From Trichoplax adhaerens (taxonomy: Eukaryota; Animalia; Placozoa), in assembly GCF_000150275.1 (NCBI RefSeq), contig NW_002060947.1:8278043-8342042 (forward strand): a DNA stretch of 64,000 bases, written 5' to 3'. Position numbers and translations under genes: made by a program. Below the pieces are notes generated by a model, which did not search any database, was not told the origin of the DNA, and worked only from the letters and a program-made list of their open reading frames with translations. How positions within the stretch are numbered: the first letter of the stretch is position 1; the number at the start of each line of letters is the position of its first letter. Shown here in pieces: positions 1 through 13,300 of the stretch.

Positions 1-624
1 ATTGTTTCGCTAAATTGTAAAGATAAATTATTAAGTTCTACCTTCTTCCTTCATGGAGTCTATTTACGTTACCTTTCCTACTCATCGTGCATTTTATTAA
101 TGCTGTGTAGTGGGGTAGAAGCAAAGTGTAAAAGAATTGTTGATTTGTAGTTATTCAACAGCTGAAACAGTTCTTTGGATTTGCTTTGGATATCTAAGAA
201 ATAAAAATTAGCTTGACTTGGATTACTACTAAACTATAACCTATTTCCTGTCCAAGTTAATGGACACTGTAAAGTACATCTATTTTCCTCATCATTCTAG
301 TCAATAAAACGTAAAATTGAATACCAGCCAATTATATTAGTATTGTAGGCACATAACATAGTCATTCAATCAAAAATTGAGCTAATTCTATCTAATTCAT
401 TTCAAATCTTCTCTCGTAATCTCATCGGCTAATAGTATTGAAATTTGATCAACATTAATGACAATTTAAACTGTATGCTATCTTTTACCGTAGGCTATTC
501 GTATGTAATCCTTAATCAATCTTGCTAATACACATGGGATTGAACTCAGTAAATTTATATAAAATTAGCCTATTTGTAGAATCAAATAAATGTCTCCTAG
601 CAATTTAAACTCCTTATAATTTCC

Positions 625-1975
625 ATCTGGACTTCAATTTCAAATTCAATGATTCCTAATCTTCCATGCAGACATTGATGCACCTTTTTCCGCATTATAC
701 AGCAGCTAATACAGTTGGGAAATGTTAGTAAAGTATGCCGGTGTAGCAGCAAATCTAACCCAACCATCACACTCAAATTGTGCACAATAAGGTAGCATTT
801 ATCTCTACATTTTTCAGCGTTTCCTTTCTATTTAGCAACTTTCTAGTTGGATAATAATGTAGAGTTTCGTATCTGAACATTAATTTCCAATTTAATGGTC
901 TCTCATCTTGAACACAGACTTTGATGCATCCCTTTCTATATTATATAGTTAATAGAGATGGAAATAAAATGTCTGCTAATAATTTAAACATTCTATGAGG
1001 CATATCTGAAGCTCGATCTCTAATTCGATGCTCCCTAACTTTCCACATAGACATTGATGCCTTTCTTTCCATAAGATACTTGCATAGTTAATATAGTTGG
1101 AAAAAGTTAGTAAAGTGAGCTATCTTAGTAGCATCCACAGTCTCTAATTATGAAGCTTAAATATGTACAAAAGGACAGTATTTAACTCTAGATTAATCCG
1201 TGTTTTCTTCTCGCTTTAGTAGCTATTTAGTTGCATAGCAATGCAGACTATACTATCTAGATTTCAATCTCCAATTCAACAGTCCCTCATCTTCCACACA
1301 GACTTTGATGCATCTCTTCTCGCGCTATAGAGTTAGAGTAGGTGAAAATAAATATCTCTCAGTACTTTAAACTTTATGAAAAGCGTATCAGGGCTTTAAT
1401 TTCTAACTCTATGGTCTGTAATCTTATAATCAGACTTTGATGCATCCCTTTCCGTACTATACAGATTGATAATGGTAGCAAAGTCTGCTTGCTTAGCAAC
1501 AAATCGATCCAACCATCAATCTCCAGTGGTGCACAATAGGATAGCATCTGCCACTAGATTAGTCAATATTTCTTTTCTCTTCAGCAGGAAATCTGCTTTA
1601 ATAATAATGTAGATTTTCGCACCTTGTCTTCAATCTCCAACTTAATGGTTCCTCGTCTTCCATACAGACTTTGATACATCCCTATCCGTAGTATCTAGTT
1701 AAAATAGATAAATAAATACCTACCACTTCTTTAATCTTTCTACATAACGTATCTAGACTTCAATCTCGAACTCAAAGGTCCCTAATCTATTACACAGACA
1801 TTAATGCATCCGTTTCAGCATTGTACAGATAGAAAATAGTAGTAAAGTCTGCTGGCTTAACAACAAATAGATCTAACCATCAAGCTCCAGTTGAGCACAA
1901 TAGGACAGTATTTACCTCAAGGTTAGTCAGCGTTTCTTTTCTTTTCAGCAGCAATCTGGTTGGATAATAATATAG
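625..1975. repeat. Degenerate higher-order tandem repeat: ~120-135 bp monomers arranged as a ~365-380 bp trimer, about 3.7 units
   Basis: The core TCAATCTCCAA...CAGACTTTGATGCATCCCTTTC recurs near 670, 916, 1049, 1299, 1431, 1665 and 1795, with spacing alternating ~245/~132. The long spacer holds a more diverged third monomer (e.g. TCAATCTCCAGT at ~1516). No sustained ORF on either strand. Confidence 0.8.
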
Positions 1976-2297
1976 TCTTAGAGTTTGCTATAGGCTAGTA
2001 ACCATATTGTTTGATTTCCTCTTTTTTAAATTTTACTATACTAGTAAACAAATCTTTCTTCACGTGATACCTTAGGGGGCCAACGGTTTGTGGCAAAGCT
2101 TTTAATGTTTTCAATAATAACGCTTAGAATTTAAATTTGAATTCTATAGAAAGTATCCTTTGCTCCATAATGAACCTTGTATTAGACCTACTATCAATAG
2201 CTAGCAGATATAACGCCAGTTGACAGCGAATTTAACGAACCTACGACAAAGAAATTACATCATTTGATCCTTAGATATTCAAGGGAAGAATTCAAGA

Positions 2298-4660
2298 ATG
2301 GCATCCATCGGTTTACCTCAGGATTATGGCTACTGTGTTTTGGTAGCTGCTGATAGCGTCTTGGTTTTGATCTACTTGGGCATTCGAGTAGGTCGAGCTC
2401 GTAAAGAATTTGGAGTTGAGGTAAAAACATAAAAGCAAGATAATGATCGAGTAAAAGTTAAATGTCAGCCATTTTTCAATCGATCGATGTATCTAGCCAT
2501 GATGGTAGGCACTAACACAGTCTATTCGTTGCTCGAACTAAAAAACTTCATTTTTTCGATGATGTCGAGGATTTCACCTATTTTTCGTTGATACTGTTTG
2601 TGAGGTTCGCAAGTTGTTTTACTCATCTCACGTACTTGTTGTAAACATTATCTAGTATCCAAAAATGTATGATGATTCCAAGCCAATCTTCAACTGCTAC
2701 CAACGTGCCCATCAAAATACGTAAGTTGCCTAAGTGGAATATTCTTCAAGTTGTGCAGAAAAATAAATTGATAACATTAAGAGAGACAGAGTTTGATGAA
2801 ACAAACCTTATTTCAACTATTTTACTTGACTGACTATAATTGTAATTTTGCAATTTGCTTTTTATTCCTGTTACCGTTTCTCAATGCCAATGCAAAATCT
2901 ATGATCAGTTAAAGTACGAAAATTGCCGAAAGAATGGACGGATTGATTTCATAAATCGATCATCCATTTGATCGCCATTTTCAATCCAAATTACAATAAA
3001 ATAAATCAAGCAAGTATCACTAGAGAAATATATTTTAGGTAATGATATTTGCTTGATTTCTTAATTTGATATTTCTTTCATGTTAGCTTAACCGTGCACT
3101 ATTAGTTTATTAATCACAATATTAATTCGATAGTAGATAGATGTAGACGGCAGTGGATGCTAACGAGTGCTTTTTACGGTCATATACGAGTAATTTGATT
3201 TAAAATGGCCAACATTTAAGTTATCCTACTCTTAGGAACGTATCTGTCCATTCATTTTGTCATCCAGTGTCTTTTAATCATTATTCAGTGTAAATTTGTT
3301 TCCGTGAGAGCGTTGATATACAGTAGTTATCAGGATTAGAATGTGTAGATGTAATCTCTATCGAACCCTAAATGAACAACTAATTAATCCGTCAATTATA
3401 TACGTATATGTTGACCTATTTACGTGGTTACTGAACTTAATTTGAATAGGTTTCCAATATTAAGGCGTTGTTAGGCTTAATGACTTGATTAATAAGATGG
3501 ATTTTACCTAAAATTGTACGGTAGTTAATCTGGTCCAACGCCAAAACTTTCTTAACGCATCCTTTTGTCGTGAGCTGTTACGATTGGGCATTAGAATATT
3601 GGAATTACAGATACTACGACTATTAGTGGTTGAGAGAACGTAACAAACTAACTCACTGACACCAACTTTAATGGCTTTTACTTCAATTTTATTTAATTAT
3701 TAATTACAGCTATTAAGTTATAGTCTTCATTACGTCTATCCATCTTTACTACTGCACCCAGTTTAAGCTAGACTGGGCTCGTAGTCCAAGCATCCTTTCT
3801 ATCCCATACCTACAATATTCTTTTGAGATTGATTAGTAAACTGCAGACAATATTTTACACACGGTAATAGTTATATTTTAAGGGCAATCTAGATAACGTA
3901 AACGCATACTACCGAAATTTTTAAGGTATTAACAGCCTGACTGAAGTTTTAATTCTTATCTCATTGATCATGATCACCCAGGTTGGAAATTTACTCACAA
4001 TTCTTGGCAATGATGTTGCTTGGAGGTTTACAACACCCAGTAAGTATTATTCATAATAATTAGTATAGATTAACCTTGAATAATTCAGCCAAGATTGGAA
4101 TTATTTGTATTCTAACTTTAAAGACAATCGCGAGACGCTTATTATTAATCACAAATAAAACTAGCTAATCGAATACAGTTATAAGTATTTATAATACTGA
4201 AAGCCAAATATTAACTAATAGTCTTTAGCTGAGTCTACCCTTGTAGCGAAATATAATTTATGCATGACATGGAAAGAATTTTTCCAGTGTTTGGAAAATT
4301 GCATCATTCATTAAATTTAATTACTATTTACAGCGTATTAGTGCCGCATGTGGAGCTCTTTGGGTTGTTAGCCGTTTATTTTATGCTCATGGCTATTATA
4401 CTGGAGGTGAGCTAGTAAACAATTTCATCTTAGCAATAAACAAAATAGTAAAATGTTTTCATTTTAATGGTAAATGATATCATATGGACGAATCTTGGAG
4501 ATCAGTACTATTTGTTACCGGTAATTAACACTAATAATAATTATTATTTTTGCCCATAGATCCAGCTAAAAGAATGCGTGGAGCTTGGGGTGGACTCGGT
4601 TTACTAGGATGTCTTGGCTGCACCTTTTCATTAGGTCTACACATGTTGGGATACTTTTAA
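2298..4660 (+). CDS. MGST3: Microsomal glutathione S-transferase 3-like (MAPEG family), copy A, 139 aa, 5 exons
   Basis: Exons 2298-2420, 2656-2720, 3982-4039, 4334-4406, 4560-4660 (420 nt, all GT-AG). Translation: MASIGLPQDYGYCVLVAADSVLVLIYLGIRVGRARKEFGVE/YPKMYDDSKPIFNCYQRAHQNT/LEIYSQFLAMMLLGGLQHP/RISAACGALWVVSRLFYAHGYYTG/DPAKRMRGAWGGLGLLGCLGCTFSLGLHMLGYF*. The FNCxQRAHQNxxE and YAxGYYTGDPxKR motifs are typical of MGST3. Confidence 0.95.
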
Positions 4661-6584
4661 TCAATTTACGATCCAGTTCAAATAACTTCAGTATAGATGA
4701 ATTACAATCTTGCTCAACATATGAAGATTGTATATTTTTGCCTCAACTTTCAAAAATTTTGATACCAGTAGCTTAAAGCTGTCAATCCTATCTTACGCTC
4801 GTAAAGTAGGCGATGTAGGGCAGTGGTAATGTTTCATTAGTTTCAAGTACATGTTCATGTATCTATTGACGATAAATTAAAATAAACTGAAAAAATAAAT
4901 ATTAATAAAGAAATTCAACGCTAGCAGTTGATATATAGTAAAAAATAAATACCAGGAATAAAGCTGAAAAAGGTTTAGCATTTTCATTTCTTTCCAGTAA
5001 GATTGTCGTTCGATACTAAAAACGTACAGAGATTATGTATCTCAATGGTACCGGTAATATTGCAGGACTTGAATTTCTTGTTTAACTCCATTCTCATAAA
5101 TCAATTAGCTGTTTTACTTAGTGCATTTGCATCCTTCTTAAAGCTGGCAGATCATTTACGAATAGTTATTTGTAGATTTACATTCAAACCTATCTATAAG
5201 CATGATAAATTTTTGGAATGCATAGTACAGGCAAATGCGTATGAATAGTACGTTGCTGATTTAGAGGAAACAAAGTTAGTTTAGACAGCGAACTAAATTA
5301 ATATAAGGTTTAATTTGCAATTCTTTGAGATAAAAATGATCACTTTTGATGTATTCATTTAGTCATAATTTAGTATGATCATCTTACCAAGCCTAGCTCA
5401 TCACTGCAGATATGTTTACTACAGTATATGAGGTAAATAGGAACCTTAGCATTGACTAGAAATTATTTATTTATATTTATTATAAACTTTTCTAAACGAA
5501 ATATTGCAAAGCAAACTGATTTACGAAAGTTTCGCTGCTGCTAATGTAACATAACCGCTGGTAAACTGCCAAATCGTTACATATTATTGTATCGATTTGT
5601 GTAACTTGAAGTTGGCGGTATTTAGCTTAGAATTAATAATAAGAACGTTCAAATTTTGAGATATCGACTAAGACGAAATCAAGCAAAGACAATCTCCAAT
5701 TGTATTTAATGCTTGGGTGGTAAAAAATCAAAAGAGTTATTGACTTTATAGACAGGAGGTGCAAATAAAGGAATAGAGTAGGTACAGAAACTCAGCGTGA
5801 TTATGTTAATTTATAATTAGCGGTTATATAGGGCTACTGTTCTTGTTACATCCTTCACTATTTTCCTTGCAGCGAGTTATAGAGGAAGAATTAAAATTGA
5901 AGACATATTTTCTATTGTAAATTCTGTTCAGAGGTTACCAACAGCTTGGATAAGCGTGATTTGCAATCAGTTTCATACTCACCATTGATACTCTTAGTAG
6001 TAGATCAATATTAGACTACAGTTTCGATTAGCCTATGGCCTACAACCTTTAACAAAACTGAAATGATTTCAAAATTCATTAGCTGCGAATGGCTGTAAAT
6101 TATCTGTCTAAATGATGCCCTATTAAAAATTACGGTATCTTTACCATGTACGAACAATTCCATAATTACTATTTTACAGCCATGTCCAGGCTCCACCTTT
6201 GTATACTTGCACATATTACTGTTATTAATGTTAACGCCGTCCACTCCGCTTGTAAATTTCCACAAAATCATTACCAATCCAAATTTTTATGAATAAAATC
6301 AGTGCATCAGTAATACTTTATTAAATAAGTCATTCAAACAATACAGTAGCGAAATTATAGTATATGTTAATTGATTGGCAAGGCAGAAAATGGCATTGAA
6401 ATGGGTCGATAAACTCAATGATAGTTTCCTAAAATCCAAGACAGATCATAACACAGCATATCCAGTGCTCAAGCGTTGGGCAAATAGGTCTAGCTGATTC
6501 AAAATATTACTCCGAAAGTGCTTCTTTATTCAGGAAGAAGGCAAATTCAGATAGTATATAATGTCATATAGCGATAAAAATAAA

Positions 6585-6875
6585 GTAGCTTAATCTCTTT
6601 CGTTCTGAATTTGTTGAGCGATTAATTATAACTTAAAAATGAAGACGCGTTCTCCTTGACAAGTAAAAACAGGGCTAGAATCATGATGAATTTTTGATGC
6701 TATTGGCATAGGGATGTGAATACTGCTAGTCATAGCTAGCCGTTATTCTACTATATTTCTGCTAGTCTATGATATGCAATGTTTCCTTTAGTTCAACTAG
6801 GTGTCCTTAGAATGCATGTAGATTATATTGCTGTTGATGTTAACTAGTTGTTTGGCAGGTATGTCTTCTGCGAAC
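6585..6875 (+). pseudogene. Decayed duplicate of exons 1-2 (signal peptide) of the downstream D8C/EGF gene
   Basis: CTTAAAAATGAAGACGCGTTCTCCTTGACAA (~6632-6662) aligns with CTTGAAAACAAAGATGAGCTTTCCATGGCAA (~7352-7382), with ATG>ACG and TGG>TGA. A 37-nt exon at 6822-6858 (IILLLMLTSCLA, tag|...|gtatgtct) mirrors 7675-7711 ([12 protein letters not shown], tag|...|gtatgtct). Confidence 0.65.
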
Positions 6876-7364
6876 AATAAAATTTATAGTCATTTTCATC
6901 GCCATTTTAAAGATAGAATCTTTTGATCATCATAATTTAAAAAATTGCATGAATTGCCTGCCTATTGTCAATAGTCATCAAAGAATCCCTTAACATTACA
7001 AGGGAAATTTAATGATTTACCATCGGAAATATTAATAAAGTAAAACAATGCTATAGCAGAATTCAGTTGATATTAAAAAAGAAGATCATTTAAATGAGTA
7101 GCGGTACATAAGCCTTCCTGAGACTTTCCTCATATTTATTTTGCTAAGGATCAAAGTTCGGAGTAAACAAGTAGTAGATTGGCAGGTAAATCCAATAGTT
7201 CAAATAAACTGTTGACAATGCATTCTGTAAGGTCCTAATTTATTCGAGAATTGGGTAAAACCAATCAATCCGTATTGGATACTTGATGAAAATCGAAAGA
7301 AAGTGACTTAATTTTCTTTTGTACTTGGCTTAATACGCGATTTAGAAACGTCTTGAAAACAAAG

Positions 7365-10300
7365 ATGAGCTTTCCATGGCAATTGCAGTCCATGGTTAGA
7401 ATTATTAGCTTTAGATACAGCCATCGTTAGATAATTCTGCGAGCTTGTTGGATACAAAACATTAGTAATTCAATGTATCTTCTCTCCGGGAAATGCATAT
7501 TTGAAATCTATACTTAAAATGCCTTTCAATAAACTGAATTAACATCTCGTACTCTATTTTTCTGCAAAATGATTAGTTGCGATATTGGATAATATTTAAA
7601 TTGCATAGAATTAAGAGTTTATTTCATGACCTGCTTTTTATTCAAATTTTTTATCTCTATGTGCTTTTTTATAGGTATTACTGTTGCTGATCTTGCCTTG
7701 TTGCTTTACAGGTATGTCTTTTACGCGAAAAGAAACATTTTTCTTCATACGCATTTAAGCTAATGTACTTATTTTATAAACGATAATACGATAATTATAA
7801 TAAGTAAGAGATATTAAAAATATTACCTTACACCGCATGTTACTCAGTACGCTAAGCCATATAGGTTGAGATGATTCAGATTGCTGTAGTTCATAGACAG
7901 ATAAGAAATTAAAACCTATTCCTCCGTGTTTCTCTGTATCTAAGATATCTATTATAAGATCACCTATATCAGTACGTAAAATGGTGATTATAAGCAATCA
8001 AATCTCACGTTTTGCTGTATCGCAAACCCTGGATTATTAATTTTGTAGTTTGCATGTTAAGTTGAATCCATTTTCTAAAGAAAGTACCCATTTATCAGAA
8101 TATTCAATTTGTAAGAACTGTCTAAATCATTTGTTGACTTACTAGAGAGTTAGAGTGTTTAGTCAATAGACATGAAAAATCTTAATGCAGTTACATCTTG
8201 AAGCATGAAAACAAGATTGATCAATCGAATGCAAATAATGGGTTGATTCTCTTGCAGATCCTTGCCAAAACTATCGTTTCTTAAATGATTCTAGCCGATC
8301 AGTTTATGCACAACTACAGAGTAGTCTCATCTCTGATGAAAAGCTCAATAACAGTTGGTATCGATTTAATGGTGGACAAGATAGTCAAGCAATTTTAACT
8401 AAATGCGTAGAAACTTATGGAAAATGTGGATCATTATCACCAGGATGGATGAGGGGTAAACATCCACAAGGTAAAGCCGCGGTCATTCTGCTAGAAGGAT
8501 AATCAGCAAGATAGCGCTAACCAGGGACTACTTTCCACTTTACTTCGTTCTAAAAGAAGTGGAGCAGCAAAATTGGATAGTAGTCCCTACGTAAAGTAAT
8601 TTTATTTCATTTGCCAAGTTCTTCTGGCAGTTTAATGATTAATATAATTTTTATTTTGGATCCTTCAAGTTGGAGATGGCATAGTCAACAGAACAGCCTG
8701 TTTCTACTTTTTCAGTGACTGTTGCGCTTTTAAAGCATCGATCCAAGTTAAAAACTGCAGAGCCTTTATTGTCTATCGCTTACCATCGACATCGCTTCTT
8801 CCTATCAGTAGCCGCTATTGTACAAAGCAGTTAGGTAAATTTAATAGAATACTTTGAATTTGCTACTTAAAACTTGATGATAGCAATTACAAGAGGATAT
8901 AAAATTGGATTATTTGTATTCCGCCACTGGTTTAATAAAATGACTTAGTTCCGCTAACACAAATTGTGCATGCATACCTATAATAGAATGGAAACGATTA
9001 CAACGATACTATAAATTAGCGAAACCCAAGTTAATTCAATTTAAACGCATACTAATTGTATTAACTTTCGATCTATTGATCTCGACAACAAATTCAATCT
9101 AATATCTAGATCGTTGTGATCCAAATCCTTGCATTAATAATGGAGTTTGTAACAAATCAATAGACGATTACACTTGCACATGTGCTGCAAATTATACTGG
9201 AAAAAACTGTGAGATAGGTGCAGTACCCATATTTAAGTAATAGAATCGCAAATTATGCTTAAGATATTGTCTAATTATAAATAATTTTATATTTTGTCCG
9301 ATTTTAATGGGTAAATTTATTGTAATACCAAGACCTCTGCAATCCAAACCCGTGTTTTAACAGTGGAATTTGCAATAGATTAAAAGATGATTATACGTGT
9401 ACATGTATTGCAAATTATACCGGCAAAAATTGTGAGAAAGGTAAGATATTCACGATGTCCTTATTTTACTAATTAAATAATCGATGAATCAAACTCGTTA
9501 ACGTTGAGTTTTATTTTTAATACTGGTGTAGGTGCGTTACATTATTTTGACTAATTTCAATCATGTTCAACCGATTAATTTTAAAATCATTTGAAATTCA
9601 CGCAGCTATTAATTCTTTACCAGTTTTGACGTACAGCTTCAACTAATGCACTAATACGAAGATCATATTTAAATTAGATATCGATCCGTGTAGACGGCAG
9701 CCTTGTGTAAACGGGTTTTGCCTTAGAAACAACTATAGCTATCATTGCTTATGTCTTTCTGGGTATACTGGACAAAACTGTGAACAAGGTTAGAATACCA
9801 TAATATGAGCTTAAGCAAGCATTTAATTTGATATTATCAACCACAATGCTAACAATCGAATAAAAACTTATTCAGCTACTTTGATATACGCATATAAATC
9901 TTAATTTTAGTATAGTATTGACTTATCAATCAAATTTTTATAAATTTATTTCCTGATATCCATTTGTAGATATTGATGAATGCCAAGACGAAGCCAACCC
10001 ATGTCAAGAAATTTGTGTCAATACTTTAGGAAGCTACCGATGCGATTGCAAAGTGGGCAATATCTTACTCAGTAACAAGGAGTGCTATGGTAATGTCGAT
10101 ATCTATGGCATCAAAGATTAAAATAGATAGCCATAAAATTTTCCAGCAGGCAATACTTAACTTCGCAATACAGTGATTGATAAATTGCTAATGGGATAGG
10201 GTAACGTAAGTAATCCACCAACACTAACAACTATAATTACTACAACGATCCGGTTATGAAGTGTAAATCAATGACATTTATAGCTATCGATATATAAAGA

Positions 10301-13300
10301 TGAGGAGAGTAACTCTATAAATATAAAGGCAAAGGTAGTAAACGATTACAAATAGTTATGCGATAACTGTACAATGTGCAATAGGTACTGATGATTAAAT
10401 AGGTAAACATAATCATCGTTAATTATATACAAGTGGATAATTAAGTTTACTGTTTCTTTATCGAAATAGATCCCTGCAAAAATCATACTCAAATTATTGA
10501 CAAAACTAGATCGATTGATTGGAACGATAAAAGCCAAATTCAAAGTGATCATGATAGAATGAATAATACTTGGTATCGATTTAATGCCGACATTAGCAGT
10601 CAGATGTTGGTAACTTATCCAACTTCCATGCTTCAGTGTGGAGCAATATCGCCAGGATGGTTAGCAAGCAATCATCCACATGGTATAATCTCTAATTAAA
10701 TTGTGCTAGATATTAATTGACTTAGATATCGGTATTGCTTGTAGTTCAATATCTGAATACGTACTTCTATCATCTCTCATCCGTTTACAATGTCCATTTA
10801 TTTCGATCCTATACGTAACACCCAATACTAAAATATTTTATCCGTTCTAGAGTAAGAGATTTTATATTTATATTACCTAGTTTCGCAAGGCATTACAGTG
10901 GGTACAGTTTGTTTTGCATGGGCCAATAGCATTTGTCGATGGAATCGGACGATTCATATTAAAAACTGCAAACATTTCTTTACGTATCGATTACCTTCAG
11001 CACCAAATAAATACCAAAGATACTGTACGGCCAACTTTGGTAAGCAACATTATCAACTAAATTCTCAATATTCTCGATTGTAATACGCCTTAATTGATTA
11101 ATATGCCCGTAAATATCCTGTGCACTTTAAAAATTTCATGTTACGTATTAAATTTTTATCATAGCATAGCTGATTCTATTAGTAACTTATTTGCTTATAA
11201 TTCATAAACTCTAAAGATTAGTTATTGAACAAATGCAAATTAAATAAAAATATATTTAAAATGAATCAATATCATTAAAGCTAAAATTGAATCTTATTTA
11301 TTCCTTGATAATTGATAGACTACTGCGATCCTAATCCATGCGTCAATGCTTCTTGTTTACGTCAATCTGATGATTTTTACTGCAAATGTCGTTCTGGATT
11401 TACAGGAAAACGTTGCCAGCTTGGTAATATAAATTCTAGGATTTAGTAAAAAGAGTAAAATCAAATTTGAGAATCATCAATGGTCTTGATTAGTAGTAGC
11501 GGTTTCCGGTTGTATAAACACCCATTTAATCTTATCGGATCATATTGCATTTGTTTACTACTATATGTGAATAAAATTGAAGATATCAATGAATGCCATG
11601 CTAATCCTTGTAAATACGGTAGCTGCATCAATCTCTCTCCAGGCTACCAGTGTATGTGTGATACAGGGTATACTGGGAACCATTGCCAATATGGTAACAT
11701 TACTTATAATTGATTAATAGCCATATTAGCATAATTATAGCCACTTGCATATACTGTTATAATTATATAACATATATATATATATATATACCAAAGCGAG
11801 CAGCTAAACATCAATTGCTCATATATTACTTGTGACTGATTAATAATCCTGTCAAAATGATTATTGCTACTTGCATACACCTTTATAATTATAGATATAA
11901 ACGAATGTCAACAACAAAATGGCAATTGCTCGCATATATGTATTAATACACTCGGCAGCTATTACTGCAAATGTCCAACGGGTTTCTATCACCAAAATAG
12001 TAATCGATGCTTAGGTAAGCTTGCCTAGTTACTGGTAAGTCGGCTTGCAGCTTAGAAGTGATAGATATGGGCATCATTACTGCATTATTATTCATTATAA
12101 AAGTAAGTCTATAGTTATACCTCATTGTCATTACCAACAGTACAACATATTTTTTCTGAATTTCATCTATCTGTTCAGATATGCCTAAAGTTAGAATAGC
12201 TTTCATGTTGTCTACCTAAATGACTTGAAATTGCTTTCTAAATTCTAAGATAACAAAGCCAGTGATTAGATAATGCATATTTTAGGAAATCATAAATAAG
12301 AATGATTCTTATTCTTCTATTATGTTGATATACAGTAATTATATCCTCTTTCGCTTGAATTATTGCATTAACATTCTAATTAAAATACTAAAATACTCGT
12401 AATTCGAAGATCCATGTAGCACCTATCAAACAATGAAAGATTCTACTCGTCTACTAACAAATACAAACCTGATTCCTATGCACTGCGATGAAAATAACAT
12501 TGAATCCAGTTGGTATCGTTTAACTAGCTATGTTGGCGTTAGTTTTATGCTCCCAACACATTGTCCAACAGCATTAAGATGCCAGACTTCATCTCCAGGT
12601 TGGATTAATGGATCACATCCAAGAGGTATTTACAATAATTCCTTGAGAAAATTAATTTTGAATAGAATAATGAATGACTAAATTTTGTTAATATACGAGT
12701 ATCATAGTTTAATAATGATTATTAATGAAATATTTAAGCTAAAGCATAGTACATTATACATGCAGACAATGATTGCTGTGAAGGAATAATTTATTAACAA
12801 ATCTATCATACTCATTTCACAAATTTGCAATTTTTTCGACATTACAAACAATCTATATTTTTAGTTGAAGATGGCATAGTCAACAGAACAGTTTGTTTTA
12901 ATTGGAATAATAATTGCTGTTTTAAAACCCACGATATTATGGTCAAGAATTGCAAGGGATACCATATTTACTATCTGTCTTCACTAACTCGATATCAGTA
13001 TCCTACATGCTCCAGATATTGTACAAGTCAAATAAGTAAGTCAAATTTTCGAATATTAATTCTAAAATATAATCCATATAATTTGATTGCCCTACATTAT
13101 TGCGGCAATCATTGGACTTGTTAGACGTCATACTAAAATTATTTAACAGATCCATGTGATCCAAATCCTTGCAAATATGGTAAATGCAATGCTGAAAATT
13201 TCGCTAATTTCACTTGTCAATGTCTACCTGGCTATGGTGGCAAGCTTTGTGATCAAGGTAACTATTGTATTTTGTATCTAGTCATTCAGTTTCTGCCCCA

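Noticed and set aside
625-1975. CRISPR-like repeat-spacer appearance
   Set aside because: Eukaryotic context, degenerate repeats, and the 'spacers' are themselves homologous to each other.
6180-6295. Short signal-peptide-like ORF MSRLHLCILAHITVINVNAVHSAC...
   Set aside because: Only 36 codons with no supported downstream exon; could be chance.
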